Assembly: GCF_964204865.1 (NCBI RefSeq)
Contig: NC_135253.1
Span: forward strand, 10,230,001-10,294,000
Length of the DNA stretch: 64,000 nucleotides
Reading direction: 5' to 3'
Source of the DNA: Styela clava
Taxonomy: Eukaryota
In this document: one piece after another, positions 14,121 to 25,100 of the stretch
How the letters are laid out: every line of letters begins with the position of its first letter
Numbering within the stretch: the stretch's first letter is position 1
Program-made: the position numbers and the translations under genes
Notes under the pieces: generated by a model
Database searches by the model: none
What the model was told of the DNA's origin: nothing
The model's input: only the letters and a program-made list of their open reading frames with translations

Positions 14121-15492
14121 TTTTTTTATTTCAAATTTAGTCCAATAGTCAGATTGTTTAAAGCAAGGAATTATGTAGTCTTTTTCATCTTAGCAAAGAA
14201 AGTTGAGAAATACACCTAGCATTAGGCAGGATGGACGATCTGAAACATTATTCACAAATTTATATTAGAGAATATGATATTAAGAAATATTAAGTATGAG
14301 TATTTATTAAAATATTATCAACAAACCAGCAAACATAAATAATGACTCACACTTAGGTATGATCAGCAAAACTAAACAAAGATTATTTCATTATTTCATT
14401 TCAACTGCTTTCAAATTACTGAAGAATGCTTGTTTCGAGAATACGGATATTCTGAAATGACTATTTTCTAGTCATAATAAGTTTGCATTGGGTTTTTCTG
14501 CAGTGCAGCAGTGGAATCATAAGTTTTTTAAGGGAATTTTTTTTTCTAAATATGGAAATATTGTCTGCATAATAATAATCTCAGAGTATTTCGAGTTATC
14601 CCATGAGGGCCCCGACAGGATCTTATTTCAATTTTCTTTTGGAAATTACGATAATTTTGAATATACAAATATTTAGAATTTACAAATTTAGGTTAGGTCT
14701 TATTTTCGGGGAAACAAGGTAGGCCTATCAGAATATTGCAAGGCAATTTCTGAATATTCGGAAATTGAACTTCAAAAGATAAAAAAAAATGCATATTAAG
14801 CCGTGCAATCCAAAAAGATTAATTTAAACAAAAATACTGGTAATCAACTAGCATAGATCTAAATAACGCACACCAAAACCAATCACACAACTTTTTCTAA
14901 AAATATGCCACATACACAGTTAAATGGAATCACAAATTTCCCATTACAGCACCATTCTGTATTCTGGTATTACAGTTTTTCTACTGCGATTTTGTAATTT
15001 AGAGGAAATCTTTTAGCTGTCAGCGTGTCCTACAAATAAAAGTCTCCTAAACAACGAATTCTCAAATCGATACACAATTGTTTTATCCGATAAACAAAGC
15101 AACACGATCAGTAGCAACAAAAAGCTTTTTGAAACCACCGCTGTTTTGTTTGGCCAACTGCAACAACAGTACTCGCCGTAACGATTTATTTTGAAAATCA
15201 GTCACGCGTGCCGATCAGTGATCGCAGTTTCGATTGAAATGAAAATAGCTTAAGAAATGTTTTAAAAAAACTATATGTAATATTTATCAACTATTATTAA
15301 AAATTACATGACACTCAATAGCAACAACAAACGCAAACTATATTGAATACATAATAAAGCTCTGCAATTTCAAAAACCTTCATGTCAGCGTCAGATCTGA
15401 ATTCAATCAGTGTAGTTTCGCACAGCGTGTAAATAACATACAATCATGAAACTTGTCGATGTCCGAGTGTGGGCCATCCTTCCATTGCGATA

Positions 15493-15768
15493 TAGGATAG
15501 GATAGGATTTACATATTTATCCCGGGGGAGAGGAAAGCCGATAAGACGGCTTATCCATATGGCGAACCACGGCCTCTCGTCCGGTTACCATTCCAAGTCG
15601 GGTATGGGATTAGTTTTTACTGTATTGTTTGTTTTTTCGGAAGCATGGACTTGGTGGTGGAGGAAGCCGTAACCGACCAGCGGTTACGTGAACCACCCAA
15701 CGACGGCGAGGAGTCCAGCAATCCTCTCGCACATAACCATCCCTGCATGGGATTCGAACTCTGCGTGG
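15493..15768 (-). mobile_element. tRNA-derived SINE, 5'-truncated, between the CEP128 and WDR83 starts
   Basis: (TAGGA)n tail at the left, GGGATTCGAAC (reverse-complement B-box) at the right; highly similar to 51678-52020. Confidence 0.85.
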
Positions 15769-15970
15769 ATATCTTTTCATGAATTCCTGTCCATTTTCGT
15801 ACAATTTGTAAATTTTTGTCAAAACGTTTTTGTTGGGATAAAGTGGGTGTCTCTTGTATTGGTCAAGATTTATAACTACGTTTTTTAATATCATAGAATA
15901 TATGAGATTATATAATATTAACGTTAGCACTGCAAAGGTACGGTAGTTTGTTGTCAAAGTGGAGTAACGC

Positions 15971-18706
15971 ATGGCGCAGAATGTTGCAACAAAAATATTT
16001 TCGAGTATTGATTGCGGACAAGGAGCAGTCCGGGCTGTGAGGTATAATGGTGTGTATTTTTTACTCCTTTACCAAATGAATTATAGGGATTAAAAATCGT
16101 CGTTACAAGAAAGATTCATTTATTCTCTGTTCAGCAACTTGGCGAGTTTGTTTTGATTCTAGAATGAAAATAGGCTATAGACATTCGAGGTTGTATGATT
16201 GATTGAAAATATGGGGTTTAATGTGGTTGTTATTGCATTCGCATTGTACAGCACTAATACAGTAATATCTATGTGTGCTAAAAAATTCATCACCCTCAAT
16301 TAGCCAGTGCCTAGCTTCAAATGTTTGTAGCATCTTCAGCCAACCATATTTTACTTTCAGCTGATGGAAATTACTGTATAACATGTGGAAGTGACAAGAC
16401 CATTAAATTATGGAATCCTAACAAAGAATTATTAATAAAGAAATACACTGGTCATGGTTCAGATGTTTTAGATGCATGTGGATCATGTGACAATGCACAA
16501 CTTGCATCTGGTGGTAGTGATAAAACTGTTATATACTGGGATGTTGGAAGTGGTCAGGTAAATTAATTCTCATAGCAGCAATCCATTCCAATTAGAAGTA
16601 ATACAAATTGCTGTGCTGAACAAGCTTATTGCACTACGGTTTGGTTTTTTTTTGTGTGTATTTCCATTGTCTTTATTGGTGGGTGCATACTAATACATTT
16701 TAAAATTTGTTCCAACCCATGCGCACTGTCTGGTAATTCCGCACATTGTTTGTACTTTTTGGATTGTTTTGATGATAAAAAAAAGTGATGAGTTTTCAGT
16801 TATACTGGCTTTGCAAATTAAACTTATTTATTATTTATCAAAGCTGAAAGTGTTGGTTTTTCAAACTCTCAGTTTCAATGGATACTCTTTTGGCTCAATT
16901 CAAAGAAATCTCAATAAATCTTATTTTTCACACCGTTATAGATTATGCGACGATACAGAGGGCATGTCGGAAAAGTGAATTGTGTTCAATTTAATGAAGA
17001 GTCGACCACTATACTTTCTGGTTCTGTAGATTCTTCAATTCGAGCGTGGGATTGTAGATCACGCAAACCAACTCCTTACCAAATTATGGATGAAGCAAAA
17101 GACAGCATTACATCTTTACAGGTCGTCAGTTTCTTGGCTTCCTTTTAATGCATGAAATTAGCAATCAAGACATTGCTAATATGTCTTGAAATACAGGGCG
17201 TACCCAGGATTTTGAACCTTACCTCTCTTTCGAAATATACAAAAAGGAGCTTTTCTGTATCGTACATATAAATTTTTTGTAGTTTGAAACGGCTTTTTAG
17301 ACTCAAGACTTTTGAAAACCCTCGTTTTTCAGCAAAACCTGCTAGCTGTTACAGTCTAACTTGGCAATTATAAATTTTAGAACCTCCCCTTTGAAATACC
17401 TAGCACAACACTCCTGTAGAAATCTTTCGTTATCACTTGTTCTATGAAAAATAACAGTTTACTGAGATTGTTAAACTGTGGCTCAATAAAGAAGTATTTG
17501 GCTGTCAAATCACTCTGAATCATCAAACTCTCTGTCGAATCACATTTAAGTTTTTGTTATTAAAGACTCTCGTGCTTTTAACACAGGTCAATGATCATGA
17601 AATTCTCTCAAGTTCTGTCGATGGCAAAGTTCGAAGATATGATATAAGAACTGGAAAAATGTTTTCTGATTTCATCGGATCAGCTATTACTTATGCTGTT
17701 TACACTAAAGATTCTCAATGTGTTTTAGCATCAAGTCATGACCACACAATCAGATTGTTGGATGTTGATTCGGGAGAAATGTTAGGTTTGTACAAAAGTG
17801 TGATTAATAGTCCTTTATTGTTGAATTTTCTATTTTAAAAGTTTTTTTTCAGCAGAGGGGGCAGATAATTTAACAGTTTGCAACACAATGTGCCATATGT
17901 TCCAAAATTGAAAATACTGTTTTCACATCACAGGCAAAATTTCATTCCATAGGCATTGAAATCAAATTGTCCATTAATAATATTTGATAGTAACACTAAC
18001 AGTATACCTATGAAGTACAAAGTGAACTGAATATAAGCATTCTTATATATCTGTGGAATTCTCCTGTCTCACCTGTTTCACTTTATACAGCATCTTTTGC
18101 TCTAACCAAGTCTCTATACTGTCAGCCATGAATATTACTGGAATCTGCCTGGATCTATATTGCCTGCCCAATTCATCACACTCTGGGTTAGATGGGGGCA
18201 CTAATTCCAAGTCCCGTATCGAACTGTAATTACTGTTGCAACAATCACTTTTCATAGTATTTGTAAAATTTCCACAGTATTGGTAGAGTATCAGGTAAAC
18301 CGGGACCCGAATATCGAGATTAATAGCTAAATTAATAATTTCTGATCTCTTTGGGTGTTTATGTAATTCAAACACAAGCTACAGCATTTTAAATTTATAT
18401 GAATTTAGTAATTGAAGAAATTGTTTTTAATACACAGGAGAATATACTGGACATAAAAATAGCAAATACATGATAGAATGCGGATTGAATGCTAAAGACG
18501 ATCATGTGATCAGCGGATCTGAAGATGGATTCATTTATATTTGGGATTTGATTGAAGCGAAAATTCAACACAAAATAAAGTTAAAAGAAAACAGAGTAGT
18601 ACATTCAATCAGCCATCATCCTGAAGAAGTCAGCCTTCTTGCTGCAATGGATAATTCAATAATTGTAATAAGAAGTGAAGAGTTTGAACCGAAGGATAAA
18701 ACATAA
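15971..18706 (+). CDS. WDR83: WD repeat domain-containing protein 83 (MORG1)
   Basis: Exons 15971-16049, 16361-16557, 16942-~17121, 17587-~17785 and 18439-18706 splice in frame: IDCGQGAVRAVRYNADGNYCITCGSDKTIKLWNP...YTGHGSDVLDACGSCDNAQLASGGSDK...RRYRGHVGKVNCVQFNEESTTILSGSVDSSIRAWDCRSRK...DHVISGSEDGFIYIWDL. These are diagnostic WDR83 motifs. Confidence 0.95.
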
Positions 18707-19243
18707 ATAGCATTCAATGAGGAATGTGACAGCAAGGTGACTTACAAGTACCGTGGATGTGAGAGAGGATCGTCCAGAATCTGCATCTGATAAGAGTGAT
18801 ACATGGGATATTATTTTACTTTGAGATCGCAGATCGAACAGGACAAAACAGTATAATTGACATTTTCAACAAGTCATTTTAAGAAAAATTCATCATAAGC
18901 ATTCAGAATAATGCATCTGACATCTGATGGTAGGGCAAGAAATGAACTGCTAAGAAATATAAAAAAATCTGCCTTAATTTAGTAATGTGCTGTCACTAGA
19001 TTTTGAGCATTTTCGATGGGTCTCGCTCATACCTTGTGTAACACATTATACACTTTATTTAGGTAACTAACAAGCCCCAAAATCCACTACTCGTGTAATT
19101 TTAGGCAACTCGTACTTCGTACTCAAAACCATTTATTGGTTTTGATTGATGTGACATATAAAATAAATAAATTTTGCTGATGTTAGTTCACTTGATTAGT
19201 TGGAAGTACCAGTATATCTCATTATAAAAAATGAGATCAGTTA

Positions 19244-20092
19244 CTAATACACAAGTTTTGAGACTTGTTCTTTTAAATATTTTGTATCTGGTTGTTGACC
19301 GAAGGCACTCTCGCTTGCAACAATTGCACCATCGATAGGATGTAGTATATGTGGCTGCAAGACTACCTCCAAAGTTTGATAGTCTGTCAGTCTCAAAACG
19401 TCTTTATCACTCCTCAGCACGGTGTGAGGTAATTTTCTGATCTTATGGACATGTTCCGGTTTTATTCCCAGGTCTATGCTGTCACATAAAATCTCTGCTA
19501 GCTTTTCCAAAGAGGGAGCAGCCTTTCGATCTATAGCAACCTCTGTGAAATCACTATTGCTTTTCAGCATGTTTGCCAGTCGGACACAGAGAATGATATA
19601 ATCCGGGTTAATTACTAGTCCTGCTGGTGACCATTGGGTTCCAACTGTGCAGGTAACGTGAGAAGGCTGAAATATAAAGCCTTGGTGACCGAGGTGAGTA
19701 TCTTTTGATGCATCACTTATATCGACATGATTTGATTTTGTGTACAAGAATTCTGGATTAGCTAGATAATTTGGTTTAAATGATGATTTCTCGTTATTAC
19801 TGTCTCTGCCTTCTACTGGGGGTGCTCCTAAAACTGCTCTGACGCTGTTATTTGATGTCAAGTCTGCTGGAATTTGCCCGTCTCCGTTTTGTATTGTTTT
19901 ATCTGCCCCACAATCCATCAGCTTTTTCACGGCCTGAAGATGACCTCGTTTCGATGCCCAGTGTAGTGCTGTCCATCCATTCACTCCATTTTTCGAATTT
20001 ATGTCAACGCCCGCCGACAGCAGATTATCTATCTCATCTAAATTACCAATACAAGCAGATTCTCTCAGTAATTCTTCATTTTGATCTTCCAT
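19244..20092 (-). CDS. ANKRD40: Ankyrin repeat domain-containing protein 40 (intronless CDS, 282 aa)
   Basis: LLRESACIGN...VDINSKNGVNGWTALHWASKRGH ankyrin pair, FKPNYLANPEF motif and C-terminal DFTEVAID...KIRKLPHTVLRSDKDVLRLTDYQTLEVVL, all typical of ANKRD40. Confidence 0.93.
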   Translation of the reverse strand: MEDQNEELLRESACIGNLDEIDNLLSAGVDINSKNGVNGWTALHWASKRGHLQAVKKLMDCGADKTIQNGDGQIPADLTSNNSVRAVLGAPPVEGRDSNNEKSSFKPNYLANPEFLYTKSNHVDISDASKDTHLGHQGFIFQPSHVTCTVGTQWSPAGLVINPDYIILCVRLANMLKSNSDFTEVAIDRKAAPSLEKLAEILCDSIDLGIKPEHVHKIRKLPHTVLRSDKDVLRLTDYQTLEVVLQPHILHPIDGAIVASESAFGQQPDTKYLKEQVSKLVY

Positions 20093-20279
20093 TACTTTTT
20101 GATATTACAGGAATTTTTGAGTAGTTGGCAATGACCGGTACAGTACAAAAATGTCATGAGAGAAATTGATCTCGCCACAACCGACGTCAAAATGCTTTTC
20201 AACTGTAAAACCACTGTGATTCGGTTCAGCGCTCCATGACTGTAAAATATAGTTCATTTTGACCTCTGCTTTGATACAT

Positions 20280-20415
20280 TCACTGACTCTACTTTAAAAA
20301 CCGGCGCAAAACCCCTGGCGACTTCATTTCTACTTTGTGCGCGGCGCGTGAGCCTTGCGCGATTTTGCAATTTTATGTATTGCTACTGCAGCATTCAGTC
20401 GAAGCTTGAAAGCTA
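20280..20415. promoter_or_regulatory. CpG-rich bidirectional promoter with a CDE/E2F-CHR-like composite site
   Basis: Lies between divergent starts (20092 - and 20666 +). Local CpG cluster GTGCGCGGCGCGTGAGCCTTGCGCG. TTTAAA-AACC-GGCGCAAAA at 20293-20311 reads on the minus strand as TTTTGCGCC-4nt-TTTAAA. Confidence 0.5.
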
Positions 20416-20665
20416 GGCTATTGGAATTATTGCAATTTTTAGATTTCATGGAAATTACTAGATGTATCTTTATTCAGTTATTTATGTCAGGGCTGTAGAG
20501 TCATAATTTTGTTACTGCAAAGACTTTTTTTGTGTAGAAAATAATTGGCAATGAGATGCGTATGTCAGGACTTTCTGTGATTTAATGCATTATTCTCACT
20601 ACCTAGGCGTGTTTCTTTTTTAAATCTTTTACATTATCTCACAGTATTCCTAGCTGCATTTATTG

Positions 20666-21019
20666 ATGGATGGCCTGACTGCTATTTTGAATGATGCGCT
20701 TCCTTTTCTGGAATATGATGAATTCTTGAAAATGGTTTCTCCAAAATATAAACAACATCCTCAAGTTTGGCGATTATACCAGGCTATAATTGAAGAAAGA
20801 GAAGAGAGAAAACAGAAAGTGATGAAGATATTTTTAGATGGAATTAAAGAAAGAGAAAATGAAACTGAATTAACAATTCAAGAAGCCCTGGAAATTTTAA
20901 AGAAACAAATTGAAAATCTTGACTGTACTTCAGACAGGTTGAATTCTATACAAAACTTGGAAAAACAGCATCAAAATTTATTAAAAGCTCTTTCACAGAA
21001 AGAGTCTTTAGATAAATAA
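20666..21019 (+). CDS. 117-aa helical/coiled-coil protein, possibly Cnl2/Nkp2 (kinetochore)-like
   Basis: Clean single-exon ORF with protein-like composition. Upstream acceptor CTCACAG ends at 20644, ATG at 20666, AATAAA overlaps the stop. FLEYDEFLKMVSPKYKQHPQVWRLYQAIIEER resembles my recollection of the Cnl2/Nkp2 motif (roughly ISLxQFTxLFPKRLxSHPQIRxLYRELQxxR). Confidence refers to it being a gene; the family call is tentative. Confidence 0.7.
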   Translation: MDGLTAILNDALPFLEYDEFLKMVSPKYKQHPQVWRLYQAIIEEREERKQKVMKIFLDGIKERENETELTIQEALEILKKQIENLDCTSDRLNSIQNLEKQHQNLLKALSQKESLDK

Positions 21020-21160
21020 AGCTTGTATGGTATTTGAGTCAATGATCTTATTGGTGTAACTGTTCTTTCTAATCTAGAAATTCGAATATAGAATTAGAAA
21101 TGTGGAAAATGCACGCAGATTTACAGTAATACTGAATGAGTTCAAAATTGCTATATATAG

Positions 21161-21459
21161 CAGTGGTTCTCGAAACTTTTTAAGCTGTGTCCTCTTTTTA
21201 GAATTTGCTAAAACTCGCATCCCACCTCAAAAATAACTAGCTAACAATGAGCTACAAATAACATATAGTAAGAAGAAAGTATGTTTTATTCAAAAAAACA
21301 CATGGAACTCAAATATCCTGAAAACAGAAATGTAAATATCCAAAATCAGGTGGACAAGATTGAATCTAACAAATATTTTTAATTATCTTCACGTCCTTTA
21401 AAAAACTTTTCTACTCCCCCCCCCCTTGTGCGGCACGCCCCATCGTTTGAAAACCACTG
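21161..21459. mobile_element. hAT-type MITE
   Basis: TIRs CAGTGGTTCTCGAAAC / GTTTGAAAACCACTG; 8-bp flanks ATATATAG/ATATCTAG. Confidence 0.8.
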
Positions 21460-21634
21460 ATATCTAGGAATAGTCAAAACACGAATATGACCTAGCCTCA
21501 TGTCTTATTGAACCATGGTGCTTATGAAAATGACTTGCTGTGAGAATTTTTAAATTTGTATTGTATTGTGTTTTCATAAAAATTAGTAGTATCTTATTCA
21601 GCAACAGAATTGAACCACATTGGGCACTCTTGGT

Positions 21635-21871
21635 TAGGATCACCATATTTGAAAAAGCAAAATTCCGGACAGTGCATGACTATTTTCATAACCTCATAGT
21701 AAAAAATATGCGCACAGTACGAAATAACAATGTTCTGTATTAGCAGTGTGCACAGTACGATTGCAGATTCCGGACATTTGAGTACGGTATTTTTTGAATT
21801 CTTCCCCGACGCAAAATTTAACCCTAAATTACGGATATGTCCGGATTTTTCCGGGCGGTATGGAAACCCTA
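21635..21871. mobile_element. hAT-type MITE (TAGGG termini)
   Basis: TAGGATCACCATA...TATGGAAACCCTA, subterminal CCGGACA/TGTCCGG motifs, perfect 8-bp TSD CTCTTGGT. Confidence 0.85.
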
Positions 21872-22159
21872 CTCTTGGTAACATTCAACTGAAACCTAAA
21901 ATTAGATGTGCTTGTTATTAAGGATGTTGTGTTCACTGTCTCTGTTATGCAATATAAAGAATATTGTGTGGTGGACAAAACATCTAAATAATCAATTGAT
22001 GTCATCAACTTGCTTATTTGGTGTGATACATTGTTTACATCTCTAGGATGCTCATAATTTACTTTCATAAAATTCATGCTTTTGTGTACTCACTAGAATG
22101 AACATAATCATACTTTTTATTGTGGATATTTTTTAGTCTCTAATTATTCCAATATAAAC

Positions 22160-25100
22160 ATGGCTTCCAATAGATCAAACTTTGGGATTCTGTTTTTCAA
22201 ACGTCAGTGGAGACTATTCGGTATCATGTTTGATAATATCAAATCAGCTTCATCAATCATGTTTATTTTTCTGTTTGTCTTGTCAATGGCATGTAAGTAG
22301 ATAAGACAAATTTTTTCATCTACATTTGGTATTCTATACAGACTTGAATTCATTTTTTTTGTGAGAAGTCTCGTGTCCCGTTGAATATATGTCTTTCTGC
22401 TGTGCTTTGAAAGATTGCAGCCTCTCTGGCTAGGATCAGCTTTTTTAACATACAATAATTGTTCAGTGATGTGGTGATGATGAGCATAGCACTGGAGCTG
22501 TGGGCCTTTTAAGTTAATTGTTTCCATTCATTAATGTAATGGCAATCAACGTGCCCTTGTTTCAATTAATTTGAGTAAAATATATATCTTATCAACATCA
22601 AAAACAAATTCACTATCTGGTTTATGTTTGATTCGTGATTTCTACATCACTAATGAATGGTTATTTTCTTGATATTTTAGTGCAAGTTATCATCTATGAA
22701 GCTGGTCTTGTACCATCAATGTATTTTGAAGTTCTTGGTGCTAAAGACCAAGATGCTTTCAAAAGTGTTGCAATCTATTCAATGGAAATTATCATCATTA
22801 ACGCTTTGGTTTGTTCTTTTCCCTACTACAGAATTCTCACATTTGTGGCCTGCAATTCATGCTAGTAATGTTATATCTGAAGTTTTTAATATTCTTGAAT
22901 ATGCCTTGCAAATATTTTGTATTTCAGAGTTTTTGGTCAGAAAAGCCATGATGCTGATAAGTTATGGTTTATAAAGTAAAGTCAAATTTTACAGAAGTCT
23001 GTAATTTTGATAATAATCCGTTGTTTTGAAAATATTCTTTTCTGAGAAATGTTTTGCATTTTTGGCTTCCATTGGAATAAATTCTTTCAGCATTATTCGT
23101 CTATACCGGGATTATATAGTGAATAATATAAGTTCTACATATTTGGTTCATTCTTATTTGATTAAACAATACGCAGGCTCGTTAGAAAAAATGTGCAATA
23201 AAAACCCAATTTTTGCTGAAGACATCTCACCTTAAAATTTAAAAATATGCTACAATATTATATTTGTAGCAACTGTTCTTCACCGTCCAGAAAGATTTGG
23301 TGCTATTGTCATGTTAACTTGACGTTTTATTGTATGACTGGTAATTGGCACTAAGATTCCCAGATATTGGAATGTATAAGTCACATAGGTTGCTTTACAA
23401 TGCGAGTACACTTGACAATATGACAGGACAAAGATATGGAATTACCCTGTCTTCTTCGGTGGCATTAGGAAGCATATTATTCTGAATAAAAAATGGCAGT
23501 GGCAGTACACCGATTATAACAGTAGTAATATGCAAAATTTTTGTGTTTTTCAGATGAAGAGTACTGTGACCTACCTTTCTCAACTGTTGTATGTAAAATG
23601 GAGGGGGATGCTATGTAGTCATATACATACAAGATACTTTACTGCAAACAACTATTATAAACTGAATGTGTTGAAACCTTCTCTCGATAATATGTAAGTC
23701 TTATTCTGAAGAATTGGTGAAATGTAAATTCTCTTGATTTTGATTTGGTTTATTGTTTGCTCACAGAATTTATGTTATAACTGCACAAGTAAGCATTTGC
23801 ATATTTGCAATTCTGTGGAGTAGCCTAGTAGTTAGTCTGCTGACTACAGTCAAATGGCTACACAGCAATTTAGCAAGTGCATTTAGTTATTATAATTTGA
23901 TCATTTTTGAATAAAAGCTGAGTGAATGCTGACAACAAATGTAGGCACAATCCATAAGTTAAGCCCGGCTGAAATATTTGTCAAGTTGAAACTGAGGTTG
24001 GATAAAACCATAACAATTCTGCATTATATATCTTCAATTTCCCTTCCTTTGGGAAATCAAATCTTCTAAAAAAGTAGCTAATTCATGATGTTTTACTCCT
24101 TGCTTTAGAGATCAAAGAATTGTTCGTGATGTAAATTTGTCATGTCAAGAATGGAGTACACTGATGTCTCGTCTTCTTGTTATACCATTCACTATTGCAT
24201 ACTATTCTTACCAATGCTTTATCAGCACCACTTATCTTGGACCAATATTTATCTATGTATATTTTATATGTGGAACAATTATCAATAGATTTCTTATGTC
24301 TCCTGTTGTTAGGACTACTATAACCAGAGAGAAGCATGAAGGAGACTTCAGGTTGGTTTATTTGTTTTAGAACTACCGTATGTGGATCACTAATTGCATG
24401 AATAGATTATACTTATATGATTGGGTTGGTATTGGTATATAGCCACATTAAGCATAGCATGAATGTAAAAATATTCATGAAACATCATTTTATTCGTAAT
24501 TCAGATGTTATTTATGCAATTTTATTGTCAAATTGGTATTGTTGAAATTTTATTTTGACATTGAATTGATTTCTAAATAAAATTCTTTATCTGCAATGTA
24601 TATGATTGACACATTGGCTTAACCTTGACAGCATTTTTCATCAAAAGTCTGTAATTTGTCTAAAAATAACCTGAAATCTTTTTTATTAAATGTTTCAGAT
24701 TTCAACATTTGCAAGTGAGAGTGAATGCTGAATCAATGGCATTCTATCAAGCTGAACAAATTGAGAATTATAAAAGTAATAATAGGTATGACTTTAAGCA
24801 TGTTCACCCTATCTCTGAGAAAAAAAGTTTCATATAAATAGCCTTATTATAGATAGGCTGATAACAATCGAAATGACTGTAATCTTCCTGCTTTCAGTCA
24901 AAGATAAGCATTTATCTTTTTTTATGAATTTATTCAAGAAATCTATGTCCTGAAATTCCCAAGGTCTGTTTAGTGTTTCTTTACAAATTTCTGAAAACAA
25001 AAAAAATTAAGAAGTCATTTTGATTTGATCCATACTTCTCTAATGTAGCAAAATCATATATTATGTATGAAAAATGGATTTCTAGCTTGTATATTTTTCG

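Noticed and set aside
13888-14148. Plus-strand 86-aa ORF
   Set aside because: Antisense shadow of the first CEP128 coding exon.
15100-15330. RFX X-box expected for a ciliary/centriolar gene
   Set aside because: Only TAGCAAC half-sites are visible; no full palindrome.
15610-15972. 120-aa and 66-aa ORFs (possible WDR83OS equivalent)
   Set aside because: They run through the SINE and show no similarity to WDR83OS/Asterix as I recall it.
17194-17416. Possible PIF/Harbinger MITE in a WDR83 intron
   Set aside because: Only the left end (CAGGGCGTACCCAGG) is recognisable; no TSD.
19852-20124. Plus-strand 90-aa ORF
   Set aside because: Antisense to ANKRD40.
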